Assembly (NCBI GenBank): GCA_951406725.2 | Contig: OX597818.1 | Location: 125,736,001 to 125,800,000, forward strand | Length of the DNA: 64,000 nt | Direction: 5' to 3' | DNA from: Octopus vulgaris | Taxonomy: Eukaryota | Shown here: positions 25,468 to 39,568 of the stretch, piece by piece | Position numbering within the stretch: the first letter of the stretch is position 1 | Layout of the letters: each line of letters starts with the position of its first letter | Translations under genes and position numbers: made by a program | The notes under the pieces: generated by a model | The model's input: only the letters and a program-made list of their open reading frames with translations | Databases searched by the model: none | Told to the model about the DNA's origin: nothing

Positions 25468-25577
25468 TTCTGTCTATCTATCTACCTATATATTTATATA
25501 TTTTATCATTTACTTGTGTTAGTTGTCATCCTCATCGTCAGTTATTATCATCGTCTTTACATTTCTTCTCCAACTTG

Positions 25578-25629
25578 TTATAATAATAATAATAATAATA
25601 ATAATGATAATAATAATAATAATAACAAT

Positions 25630-25707
<78 letters not shown>
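25578..25707. repeat. (AAT)n microsatellite
   Basis: Read directly. Confidence 0.95.
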
Positions 25708-25708
<1 letters not shown>

Positions 25709-26964
25709 CACCATCATCATCATTATCGCCATTTTCTAGGCCTTTATGGAATGTATTCCGAACCTGACACATTACTCAGCCCTACTTTATAACAAAATAG
25801 CCAACAGTCACAACGACGACGACAACAGAAAGAAGATGAAGATGAAGAAGAAAAAGAACAACAACAACAACAAAAACAACAATAACAAGAGTAAAAACAA
25901 AGCCAGCAGTCTCATTCGCCACCATTCTAGTTATTCTAACACGAACCCCTAAAAACTACTATGACCCCTGCCATCGAGAGAACAGGCATAGATCGACACA
26001 ACCACGTCTATTATAGCCCGAACGAAAAACAATACTAACAACCACATCAACAAAAATAAGAAAACATCTTCATTTGATACAAGTTAAATATCTTTCTCGT
26101 TGTATAGACCGGGCGATCTTTTGCAAGTGGGTGGTCGAACGGACATCAGGTGACATAGATCTCATAGAGTATTACATAGCGAGGACACACACACATATAT
26201 CCTTACAGACTCACACACACATACACTCACGCATATATGTATATGTATATAGATGTACATACATATTTGTGAGTGTGTGTGTGTTGTGTGTATGTATGTA
26301 TATATGATATATATGTATACATACCGGCACACGCGTACATTCATTCATGTAAAATAAAACTGGGCACTAATAATCAAATATATAACCTCAACCTTACATT
26401 ACAAATGTGTTTGTGTAAGGTATGTATGTATGTATGTATGTATGTATGTATGTATGTATGTATGTATGTATGTATGTATGTATGTATGTGTGTGTGTATG
26501 TATGTATATATATATATATATATATATACATGCAAATGTATCCATACATGTATACATACACACATGCATATTTATATGTACACATATACATACATACATC
26601 TTCACATTCTTGGGGTGTAAGTAATTGAAGGCGGCCTCCAGCTGTGGTAGAATATTCTAGACGTTGTCTATAGGTTATTTATTATTTCTAAACATAAGGG
26701 CTGAAAAAGAAAATAAAGGGTAATATGTATCTGTGTGTCCTGTCTGTGTTTTGTCTCTCAGTCTGACTTGCTTAATTTCTGCATGTCTGTCTATCTGTCT
26801 GCCTGTCATGTCCGCCAGTTCTGTGTGTGTGTCTGTCTGTCTGTCATGTCCGCCATACCGAATTGACAGGAAAAGGGAACAGAAATCACCACAGCAAGAT
26901 TACTATCCCTTAAAGAAAAATCAAAGCTTACCTCCTGTAGGCACAACATTTTAAAAACCTACCC

Positions 26965-27207
26965 TATTCTTTTATTTGTTTCAGTCATTTGGCTGTGGTC
27001 ATGCTGTAGCACCGACTTTAGATCAACCTCAGGACTTATTCTTTGTAAGCCAAGTACTTATTCCATCGGTCTCTTAGGCCGAGGGCCGAACAACTAAGTT
27101 TCAGGGACGTAAACACACCAGCATCGGTTGTCAAGTGATGTTGGGGGACAAACAAAGACACACACACGCATAAACACACACACACACATACACACACATA
27201 TACACAC

Positions 27208-27241
<34 letters not shown>

Positions 27242-27407
27242 ATTATAATTTATGTATTGGCTTAAGTCTTTCTTTGTTTGATTTGCATAATAGTGGTTTT
27301 GTCTCTAATTTAATATAATATAATATTTTACTATAAAATTGGATTCAATCCTAAATCTGATTTTTCCCTGTAAATTTGGATTTATTCCCTAATATTTATT
27401 ATATATT

Positions 27408-27455
<48 letters not shown>

Positions 27456-27610
27456 ATATATATATATACGACGGGCTTCTTTCAGTTTCCGCCTACCAAG
27501 TCCACTCACAAGGTTTTGGTTGGCCCGAGGCTTAAGAAGACACATGTCGAAGGTGCCACGCAGTTGGACTGAACCCGGAAGCATTTGGTTGGGAAGAAAG
27601 CTTCTTATCA
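26965..27610 (-). mobile_element. SINE family A with a Penelope-like fragment (27240-27400) inserted in its central microsatellite
   Basis: Tail at 26965-27160 and head at 27468-27610 are collinear on the minus strand; the insert matches the 15545 family. Confidence 0.82.
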
Positions 27611-27899
27611 GACCTATGTGATCTATAAACCTGTCCACGGCAAAAGACGTTAAAACACCGAGATTATACTTTGGTGGTTGAAAACAATTTCATCCACCCA
27701 CTAAGTTCAACTGCTGATAAAAATCTTACATAACTCATTACTTACCAAATGTTTACCTCTTGGTTTCCTGATTCTTACGCATTTCTCTTACCTTCAGTTA
27801 TCTGAACCCTATCCGACAAACGAACTTCCATCTCTTCCTCCTTCTGAATTCCGCTATGACTCCATCATATCTATCTATCTATCTATCTATATATATATA

Positions 27900-27970
<71 letters not shown>

Positions 27971-28365
27971 ATATGCGCGTGTGTTTTGACTTGATCATGT
28001 GCAAGTAAATGTGTTAAAAGTCCGTATATGCACTGAAATATGCGTGAGTGTCCGTATACAATATGTACACCGATATGCTAACCTCGGTCCTGACTGAAAT
28101 GATCTGATTATTAAAATACCTTGAATTCAAATGAGTCCTATAAATTATTAATGTGTGTATGTGTGTCTGTGCGTGTGTGTGTGAGTGTGTGTGTGTGTGT
28201 GTGAGTGTGTGTGTGTGTGTGTGTGATTGTCTGTCTGTCTGTCTGCCTGTCTGTCTATATATCAGTCAGTCTGTCTGTGTCAAAATCAGTTTTCGCACGC
28301 TTTCCTATCTTGAAATTTGATGGATATTGTTAAACGGTGTTGAGCAGAAGGGTGGACTGTGGAAC

Positions 28366-28458
<93 letters not shown>

Positions 28459-28459
28459 A

Positions 28460-28672
28460 TATATGACCTCGTGAGTACCGCTGGCGATTTTTTTTTCCTC
28501 CGTCTTCCCTTCTCTGGATCTTTCCTCCTATGTTTCAGACGAAGAGCTCCGCTCGAAACGTTAAACCCTCCTTCTTCCCTTCTTTCCTGAGCGTCCAATA
28601 ATACTATATTTGTTCCACGTCCTCGCGTTGTTGTGTTGTTTTTTTTTTGTGTTTTCTTGTTTGGATTAACTT
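28460..28672 (+). mobile_element. About 200-bp hammerhead-bearing element in (TA)n; core mutated to CAGACGA
   Basis: Near-identical to the reverse complement of 31721-31930; gttt CAGACGA a gagc tcc gctc GAAA cg TT aaac at 28532-28566. Confidence 0.8.
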
Positions 28673-29228
28673 TATATATATATATAGTTGTGTGCAAGTG
28701 CATGCTTATAAATATCCAGGCATGCAAACATATAAACATACATCCATGCACATGTAATAACACATGAGTGTATGAGCGTATGGGTGTGCGAGTGTGCGTG
28801 CGTGTATGTGTTACTCTGTTTGTGTGTGTGTGTGCGTGTGTATGTCTGTGTGTGTGTGTGTATGTGTTTGTGTGTGTGTGCTTGAGTGTATTATAATGGT
28901 AACTGATTGTAAAAAGGATTATACGCTTCTATGCGAGTACATATCTTCAGAAGCACTGTCACAAATAATAATTTCATACCCTTCACTGGACTTCTAATTG
29001 AAACAAGGGTGTGGTACAAATATTAAGATAGATGGGACAAAGATCAGGGCTAGTGGTAATAATGCCACACACCCCAGGGGGATTCAGTAGTAATTAAAAT
29101 GAATCGGTTACACTGAAATCTGAACCATATATTAGGTACAAAAAATGTGAGCGTTTTATTGATTAGTTTAATGAAAGAACCGATGCCAGTGCAATATATG
29201 TGTGTATGGGCGTGTGTATGTGTGTGTG

Positions 29229-29453
29229 TTGGCAGAATCGTTAGCACGCTGGGCGAAATGCGTAGCCGTATTTCGTCTGCCGTTACGTTCTGAGTGCAAA
29301 CTCCGCCGAGGTCGACTTTGCCTTTCATCCTTTCGGGGTCGATAAATTAAGTACCAGTTACACACTGGGGTCAATATAATCGACTTAATACCTATGTCTG
29401 TCCATGTTTGTCCCCTCTATGTTTAGCCCCTTGTGGGTAGTAAAGAAATAGGT
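29229..29453 (+). mobile_element. SINE family B copy
   Basis: High similarity to 8844-9078. Confidence 0.88.
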
Positions 29454-29765
29454 ATGGATGGATGAATGGATAGATGCTTGTATGTATGTTCGTGGGTATA
29501 TGTACTATACATACGCATGTGAATGGCTGGTTTCGATTCCTAGACCGGTGGGGTGTGTTGTGTTTTGAGGCAAGACAGTCCGTTTGACGTTACCCCAGAC
29601 CAGTCAGCTGCAAACGGGTACGTCTGTGACGAACTACCGTTCCGTTAAGAATGAATGTTGGCTTGGACGTCCGACCAGCCTTTTGGCATCACTTGAAAGC
29701 TTCTTCTCATTGCGACTAGCGGTGTATAACAACATCCGATAGTCTGGTCGACAGAGTGAGGCAGT

Positions 29766-30209
<444 letters not shown>

Positions 30210-30507
30210 AGGTTAGTCAGAAGAAATGAAAGGAATTGTTTCTTAGATTATTTATTTATAGTTATAGAAAGACCAGATTCTCTAAGGAAACGAAATGAAA
30301 TGAAAAAAAAAGCTAAAAATGATATAATTTACAATATTTACCTCGTTATATTTAAGAGTACTTACTTCGTTAAATGTTTGGGCCTCTATATTATTTTATT
30401 TAATTTACTTCTTTCCATTTCATATAATTTCCTTCGAAATTTTTAAGCATTTCTGTAACTGTACATAATCCGTTGTTTTTCTTCAAAAATTTGGAAAATT
30501 TTTGAGA

Positions 30508-30552
<45 letters not shown>

Positions 30553-30633
30553 CAAAAAATATCTTCTGACTAAACTTATAATTACTAATGTAATGCTATG
30601 AGCAATACCCACATTATTTAATTCTTATATAAT

Positions 30634-30717
<84 letters not shown>

Positions 30718-30732
30718 GTATACATACATATG

Positions 30733-31260
30733 ATCACTCAGTAAACGAATTGAAGGCATGACTGATCTCGATTAATGGGACCGTCTTAAAGCCTTGAAAC
30801 TCTACTCTCTCCAGCGCCGCCGCGAGCGGTACACCATTTGTACGATGTGGAGAACATACCGCCAGCATTGCCGAACTGACCACAACATTAGTTTCAAGGT
30901 TCATCCAAGGCTGAGACAACGGGCCATACGTCCCCTGCCCAATTCAAAATCACAACTTATAGGTACACTGCGACATAATTTCTTTTCCTCAAAAGGCCCT
31001 GCCCTGTTTAACATTGTCCCAAAACTGATTAAAGAGGAAAAGGATCTTATCACCTTTAAACGGAGTCTGGACATATTTCTTCAAAAAATACTGGTTACGC
31101 CACCCATACCTGGATACAATTCACTCAACAAGAACTAACTACTTGAATGGACCATAAACAAAACTTGACATAAAAAGGATATAGATAATCCTATCAGGTG
31201 GTGCTATTAAGTTAGACATGGCCTGGACCAAACTTTGGTCGAAGCATATCTAAGTTTTAA
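30733..31260 (+). mobile_element. CR1-like LINE, 5'-truncated 3' end
   Basis: ORF LKLYSLQRRRERY..GPALFNIVPKLIK..FKRSLDIFL; 3' stem-loop tail gaccaaactttggtc. Confidence 0.85.
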
Positions 31261-31284
31261 GTACGAAATATATATATATTTACA

Positions 31285-31665
31285 TCTCTCTATATATAAA
31301 CGGCAGTTTGTCTGTGCGTGTTTCTGTGTGTCTGTTTGCTTGTACCCTCACCCTGACCACGGCTTTCAACCGATTCTGATGAAACTTGACACACACATAG
31401 CCCAATGTCATAATTCAAAACTAACGCAGCGAAAATTTTGAAAAGTTCCCCCAGTTCTGAAAAAAATCGATAAATTCGACATGGGGTCGAGAATCAGAAA
31501 CACAAACCGCAAACTGTCTAAGGGACGCAACTCCACCTTTTTTAACTAAAAAAAATTTACCATCATTTTTTTCCATTTTTTTGCTATTTTTTGGCTATAA
31601 CTCTCTAAAAATGCTTTATAGTTATTTCCCTTACAAACCTGAGCAACGCCGGGCGATACTGCTAG
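31285..31665 (+). mobile_element. Non-autonomous Helitron
   Basis: A|TCTCTCTATATATAAA start; ...gagcaacgccgggcgatactgCTAG|T end. Confidence 0.82.
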
Positions 31666-31720
<55 letters not shown>

Positions 31721-31725
<5 letters not shown>

Positions 31726-31930
31726 ATCCAAACATGAAAACACAAAGAGAAAACACAACAACGCGAGGACGTGGAACAAATATAGTATTAATGGACGCTC
31801 GGAAAGGTAGGGAAGAAGGAGGGTTTAACGTTTCGAGCGGAGCTCTTCGTCAGAAACATAGGATAAGGAAAGAGCCAGAGAAGGGAAGACGGAGGAAAAA
31901 AATCGCCAACGGTACACACGCGGTCACATT
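31721..31930 (-). mobile_element. About 200-bp hammerhead-bearing element (same family as 28460)
   Basis: Reverse complement of 28460-28672, flanked by (TA)n. Confidence 0.8.
31823..31857 (-). ncRNA. Ultra-minimal type I hammerhead (35 nt), intact core
   Basis: Minus strand: gttt CTGACGA a gagc tcc gctc GAAA cg TT aaac; palindromic ACGU stem III, GUU site. Confidence 0.8.
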
Positions 31931-31975
31931 TTGTATGTATATATATATATATATATACATATATATATACGCATG

Positions 31976-32007
<32 letters not shown>

Positions 32008-32246
32008 GATAGGAAAATGTATGAAATCCTTGGTACATTGAGGTACATTTGAAAAATGGAAAAGAATGATTTCACTGGTAGTTCTAATCAATTTAATTTT
32101 TGAATAATATAATTTTACAGTTGTTCTCCCTTGGGTGTGAAGTTAACAAAGGACTTACTCTACTAACAAAACTGTAAAATTATATTATTAAAAAATTAAA
32201 TTGGTTAGAACTACCAATGAAGTCATTTCCTTTTTGAAAAACATTG

Positions 32247-32313
<67 letters not shown>

Positions 32314-32399
32314 TGAGTGTGTGTGATCATTCATATTTTGGTTTACTCTAGCTTTGCTCTCTTTTACAAACCTAGTGAACATTCATATATTTCAAAGAA

Positions 32400-32782
32400 A
32401 TTTGAATAATGGATATAAGACACAAGTTAAAAAAGATTACCAACAATTCAACTTCTCTGGCTGATTTTAAGACCTTCTCCTATAGGGGCCTTAGCTCCTA
32501 CATTTTAGGGCTCCATGTGCTCCATTTGTCAGGAGCAAAAACCTTTCAATAGGTTTAATAAGATTTGGATTTTGGAATCTGGGCATAAAGATGAGTACTA
32601 TGGGATAAATATGTCATGATTAGAATTTTTGTTAGGGTGGGTAAAGAGGAAAAGAACCCTCATTAAAATTCTTAATCTCAAATTTTGATGAAATTCGAAT
32701 CATAGGTATTAGGGAAAATATAAAAGAAAAGTATAATTCTTCAATTCTATGTGACACGGGCAACGCCGGGCATCTCTGCTAG
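32400..32782 (+). mobile_element. Helitron-like element (3' end clear, 5' end uncertain)
   Basis: cacgggcaacgccggg hairpin followed by gCTAG. Confidence 0.6.
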
Positions 32783-32975
32783 AATGTGTGTGTGTGTCAG
32801 TGTGTGAGTGGGTGTGTATGTCTGTGTGTAGCTAGATAGATAGGTGAATTTATTCTCCAGGCAATCCTACAATCACATGCTCCTATGTGTGTGAGTGTTT
32901 GTGTGTGTCTGTGTGTGCGTGTACGTTTGTGCATGCGAGCTTATACGTGGGTGTGTGAATGGAATTTTCCTCCAT

Positions 32976-33046
<71 letters not shown>

Positions 33047-33140
33047 TAGAAGAAATGAGGTAATCAGAAGATCGGATGGTTTGTATTTACAGGTATTTAT
33101 TTATATATTACATTTTTTACATATATATCATATCATTTAG

Positions 33141-33183
33141 TTCATTAGCGCTTTCTCCCATTCTAGTGGGGTTTTCAAATGAA
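33141..33183 (-). ncRNA. Minimal hammerhead with U3-A8 variant core
   Basis: Minus strand: ttcat TTGAAAA c ccca ctagaa tggg a GAAA gcgc TA atgaa; perfect 5-bp stem I and palindromic stem III. Confidence 0.7.
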
Positions 33184-33289
33184 AATAAGTTCCTTTGCTG
33201 GGGATTTTAATCATTTTATAGTTTCTGGTTGCGGTGGGGAGGAATGTAAGACAGTACAAGAGGGTATACATATATACACATATACATTC

Positions 33290-33428
<139 letters not shown>

Positions 33429-34001
33429 TATATATATATGTATAAATACACACGTATACACATATATGTATCTGTGTATGCATACGTTTACATCCCACCA
33501 TATTCTCATACCAATATTCACAAGCACATATACATTCACTATAAACCCATATCATACGTATATACGTACAAGCAATTATTTATGTATATCCCATCAGTTT
33601 CTAAATATCTATTTAATGTCACATACGATCCTTCTCTCTATACTCACATATAATCATACATTTAATTTAATGACATACATATGTTCCTTATTATTTTTCA
33701 TCTCAGTTCTATTGATATTTTAGACTTTGCCATAATATGCTTAACAAATCATATTATGTGTAACATATATCGTGTTATGTACTATATATATATATATATC
33801 TTTATATACGCGCACACACATGTATATATATGCATTATGTATGTATTTATTTATATGTATGTATATATTAGATAAATAAATGCCTGTGACGTGTTGACAC
33901 TGATGTACGAGTGAGCCATTTCAAGGAATTGTGGCACCAAAATTTTGGTCTCTCATCCAGAACCTGTTAATATGTATCCCTTCGCATATTTACGTACGTA
34001 C

Positions 34002-34070
<69 letters not shown>

Positions 34071-34136
34071 ACTATTTATCTAGCTAGCTACACTCACACA
34101 AACACACATATATGAGTTGCCTTATGTATATATATA

Positions 34137-34197
<61 letters not shown>

Positions 34198-34352
34198 GTG
34201 ACCCAGAGTGTGACAAGGCTGGCCCTTTGAAATACAGGTAACGGATACCGATTGTAGATACGAATATTTTATCCCTTAATCGGTTACTATAACCGCTAAC
34301 TCTGTTTACACACACACCACACACGCACGTACACACATACACACATACACAC

Positions 34353-34389
<37 letters not shown>

Positions 34390-34393
<4 letters not shown>

Positions 34394-34525
34394 TATGTGG
34401 TAAGAAGTTTCATTAGCATGTGATTCCTGGTTCAGTCCCTTTCCGTGGCACCTTGGACAAGTGTCTTTTATAGCCTCTAACCGACCAAAGTCCTGTGACT
34501 CGATTTGGTAGAGATAAACTGAAAG
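34390..34525 (+). mobile_element. SINE family A 5' half, decayed
   Basis: ggctatgtggtaagaag..ggttcagtccc..gtggcaccttggacaagtgtc. Confidence 0.75.
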
Positions 34526-34964
34526 GTGTTTTTTGTAGATGTCTGATTAGCAAAACCAACTGTGCACACACAACTATGCCTTGTTTTGTATATCTATGTG
34601 TACAAATCCGTATAACTGGAAAACAGCAATAGATTTGCAATATAGAATAGTGGTGAACTATAACCGCGGACGACCGTGGCTCAATAATACGCAGAGAGCT
34701 TTACTAAATAGTTAGCCTGGTGTAATCACAAAGAGCTGATAATGTATTTTGCCCGTATTGATAAGCTTTCATTATATATATATGTGTGTGTGTGTGTGCG
34801 TGTGTGTGCGTGTGTGCGTGTGTGTGTTGGTGTTGTTGTTGCGTTTCGAGATGGTCATTTTATTTATTAGTATTTCTTTTTGTCAAATAAACGCACGCGC
34901 TATACGTGGGGTGAATGAAAAGTCTTGAGTCTCCCCAAAAAAAACATGGTACAAGAATTCTGAC

Positions 34965-34996
<32 letters not shown>

Positions 34997-35049
34997 AATA
35001 CTTTCTTCACTCATTTATTGGTGTTATTTTATTATTTTAGTGCCTGTCC

Positions 35050-35098
35050 ATTGTCCGGAAATCTTTCGTCACAGATGTGTGACCTTCTCAGCGACAAT
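35050..35098 (-). ncRNA. Hammerhead paralog with mutated core (CUGAGAA)
   Basis: Minus strand: attgtcg CTGAGAA g gtcaca catc tgtgac GAAA gatt TC cggacaat. Confidence 0.6.
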
Positions 35099-35143
35099 TT
35101 TCACTGGAGTAAGTGGAGCAAAAACACATACGGAAACGAAAAG

Positions 35144-35187
35144 TTTCGCTGAAGAGGTCACAAATGAGTGGCGAAAGATTTCCGGAA
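35144..35187 (+). ncRNA. Minimal type I hammerhead, intact core
   Basis: tttcg CTGAAGA g gtcac aaatga gtggc GAAA gatt TC cggaa. Confidence 0.8.
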
Positions 35188-35523
35188 AATGGACGGCCGT
35201 TAAAATAATAAAATAACAACAATAAACAAGCGAAAAAATAAGTAAATATATATATATAGTTCGTGTGTTTATTTGGCAAAAACGACCATCCCGAAATATT
35301 ACAATATGTGTTTCAACAGAGGAATTCACATCAGGAATCTTGGAAAGCGAATATATATGTATATACATATAAATACGTTGGACTCCTTATTCGTATAATC
35401 ACCGAACCAGGAGCTTAACAATGGTATGTCCATAGCATTTATTCAGCAATACCTGACACCTTTGGGTCTTATTGACAGCATTACCTCTCATAACCACTCT
35501 CTCTCTTTCTCTCTCTCTCTCTC

Positions 35524-35572
<49 letters not shown>

Positions 35573-36200
35573 TAGTTATTCGTTTGTATGTGTCTTTGCG
35601 TTCTTAACATTTTTGTCTCTTTTGCTGTTTTGTAGATGTTTGACTAGCAAAACCAGTAGAGTACAATTATGTACACACACACACACGCACGCACACTCAT
35701 ACATACACACACACACATACTCATACACACATACACACTTATATAAATCAATAAATATGTTATTTATCATGTGTGCTGCATCCGTATATATGTAAGTATA
35801 TACGCAAGTCCTACACTTGAACAAGCGTTTATAAAACAGAAATCCTCTATTAGGACAATGGTTATTGATAACCGTTTTTTTATTCTCTAAGCTTTTGTTA
35901 ATATTGAGCTTATACAAGCATGATATAACATCCTGTCTTTAATAATTTAGGTCCTTGTAGAGAGTTCAGAACCTTCAAATGCCTATTGAAGCGTAAGTTA
36001 ATAAACTCTACATTTTACTATCTATTGAATATTTAATTGAATAAAAGTTTGAATTAGTTATTGCTAAAACCTATAAAATAATACAGAACTGCTTTACTAC
36101 TGATATAAAAGATTAGAGCAATTGTTAATACCAATGAACTTTTACTTTCAAAACATGCTCTAAAAGTAAATGTTATCCAATTTGCCGTATGATAAAACAT

Positions 36201-36269
<69 letters not shown>

Positions 36270-36413
36270 ATAATAAATATTAGGGAATAAATCCAAACTT
36301 ACAGGGAAAAATATAAATATAAATTGATTATATAAATTGATTTATGTATTGGATTAAGTCTTTCTTTGTTTGATTTGCATAATAGTGGTTTTGTCTCTAA
36401 TTTATATATAATA

Positions 36414-36907
36414 CTAGCAGTATCGCCCGGCGTTGCTCGGGTTTGTAAGGGAAATAACTATGTAAGCATTTTTAGAGAGTTACTTCCCTTATAAATTCGG
36501 GCTTTCTTAGCCATTTTTGTTTTGGTGTCTTCAAGCCATGAAGTCGTTGTTCTAAAAGAACGCTGGTTTCCTTCACAACGCATTACGACGTTGATTTCTT
36601 TACACTCCCTTCCCCACAGCTTCACGAGGGAGGGGAGGGGGAGAAGCAAACAGGTGCAGCTGTGAGCGTGGACGCCAACTCCGCCGCCATCGACACACGA
36701 TGCATTTTATGCATTAAAATGGAATAAAAAATGATGTTAAATTATTTTTAAAATCGTAGACTCATCGTTGACGCGCGCTAATAGTCAGACGGGCTCGATA
36801 TGAATCACGACTATAAGATACCCGAATTTGGTTAAACTGCACCGCAAAATGTGGGAGGAGTTAGAAATCTAAATCGAAGGGGACAGACACTCACACAACT
36901 AGAGTTT

Positions 36908-36915
<8 letters not shown>
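36414..36915 (-). mobile_element. Non-autonomous Helitron
   Basis: actagcagtatcgcccggcgttgctcgggtttgtaagggaaataacta is the reverse complement of the 31665 element's 3' end. Confidence 0.8.
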
Positions 36916-36993
<78 letters not shown>

Positions 36994-37444
36994 TATATAC
37001 ATATATATATATACATATATACATTCATATATATATACACATATAGACATATATATATAAACACACACATATCTACATATATATATATACATATATATGT
37101 AAATATATATACAAATACAGATGTTCATATATATATATGTACATATGTGTGTGTTTATATATATATATGTCTATATATGTATGTATATATGTATAAATAT
37201 ACACGCGCACATGCACAGACGCACACATACACAAACGCGAACAAACACATACACACACATACGCACACACAACACCCTGACAAATAACAATCACACACAT
37301 ACACACACACACACACACTCATGTACACACACACTCACGTACACACACATAACATCCCCACCAACACAAAAACACACAAACATATACACGCACCCACAGA
37401 CCCACACATACACACACTCGAAGAAACACATACATGTGTTTTTG

Positions 37445-38748
37445 TGGTATCGTGGTCCATTCGAGTAGCGGGTCCTTGTTGAGTGAGTTGTATCCAGCAA
37501 TAGGTGGCTTATCTGGAATTCCTTGAAGAAATTTGTCCAGTTTCCGTTTAGAGGTAACAGGATCCTTTTTCTCTTTGATCTGTTTCGGGACTGTGTTAAA
37601 TAGGGCAGGGTCTGTTGAGGAAAAGAAATGGTGTTGCAATGTACTAATGAGTTGTAATCCTGAATTGGGTAGGGGACGTATGACCCATGGTCCAAGCCTT
37701 GGATGAATTTTGAAGCAAATGTTGAGGTCGTTTGGGCAATGCTGGCGGTATAATTTTCACATGGTGCAAATGATGTATCATGGACAGCGGCGCTGGAGAG
37801 ATTAGTGTTTCGATGCTTTAAGGCGGTCTCAGTAATTGAGATCACTCATTACCTTTATTCTTTTAGTGAATGAACTCTGGGATGATTCAATTTTCGAAAT
37901 GTTTTGTTGGGGAGATCACAGGGGGCAGCAGGTGTGACCGTACAAACGAGGAGAAAAGTGGAATGATGACACCTTATTCTCTGGCCCGGAAGGTTCTTAT
38001 GATTCAGCTCTTCTTACCAGCTATATCGACCTTATTGTTGGTGTGGACACTCCAACTGAGAGTGTTATCAACAATTACTCCGAGGTCTCTGATATTATTA
38101 GATACTGTGAGAGGTTCCCCTGAAGGAAGAGAATGGCTGTTTTAGCATAGTCTTTTTACCAAAATCCATCAGCTCTAATTTTCTCTCGTTTAGTTGCGTT
38201 TTGTTTTTGTCTGCCCATTGACTCACAGTGTGTAGATGAAACTAGAGTTGAGTTCGGGCTGGTTCTTCATTGCTAATTTTCTGGAGCTTACAGTCATCAG
38301 CAAATATTTTCAATTTGCTCTGTTTTATGACGGTGGACAGGTCGTTTATATAGGATATAAAGAGGAGCTGATCCAAGACAGTCCCCCGAGGGACACCGCC
38401 GGTGATATTTACTGGGCTTGAGTGGATTCCATCGACCACAACATGTTGTATTCTGTTCACCAGGAACTACCCAATCCAGTGTAGAAATTTTCTACGGATT
38501 CCAACATTTGTAAGTTTTGTTTGTAGGATATTATGGTCAACTCTGCCGAACGTTTTACTGAAGTCAAGATATATGACATTAGAGTTCGAACTTGTTCCCA
38601 AGGGTTTAAGTATAACAATGATGTGCTGTAAGAGGTGTTTTAGACAGTCCCTGCCACATCGAAAATCATGCTGGTTTGGATCTAGGATCTTGTGGCTCCC
38701 CAAGAAGCCACCTATCCTTGATCTTACCACCCTTTCAAACACTTTGTA
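37445..38748 (-). mobile_element. CR1-like LINE reverse transcriptase pseudogene
   Basis: LDPNQHDFRCGRDCL, VIYLDFSKTFGRVDH, GVPRGTVLDQLLFISYINDL, KIFADDCKL and LDKFLQGIPDKP across frameshifts. Confidence 0.92.
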
Positions 38749-38757
38749 TACATATAA

Positions 38758-38813
<56 letters not shown>

Positions 38814-39120
38814 ATATATAATTAGTTTAATCTAATTCAATTCAATCATGAATTTTCATGATTTTGTCATCCTTGTACGAAATGATCCTTAGCATGAATT
38901 AAAATTCTCTTATATATTTTAACAAATTGCCTAATCCATTTTAAACCAAACTGATGAGGTTTATGGGATTTCTTTCCATAAATTCACAACACATCGTATA
39001 CAAGTATTATTTTCATATTCGCAAATTTACGCCTGTAAACTACCAGCAAAATATGACGAATCAACTTTGGAAATCTTTCTTGGAAACCTCCAAATTAAAG
39101 AATGAATCTACGTCTTTACA

Positions 39121-39172
<52 letters not shown>

Positions 39173-39306
39173 GTTACATACAAAATTTGCAAAATTGCAT
39201 AAAAAATTTTGTATGTAACACAATTTTGAATCTTCGGATTAAAAAAAAAATATGCTATGCCACTGGTTTTAATTGATTAATATCAATTTCTACCCTTATT
39301 ATTTAA

Positions 39307-39356
<50 letters not shown>

Positions 39357-39363
39357 CATACAG

Positions 39364-39448
<85 letters not shown>

Positions 39449-39534
39449 CACACACACACACACACACATATATTGACCGATCAATCTGGGAATATCTCGA
39501 CCGCCGCTTTTCGGGCGATTACGGTCCCTGACAG

Positions 39535-39568
<34 letters not shown>

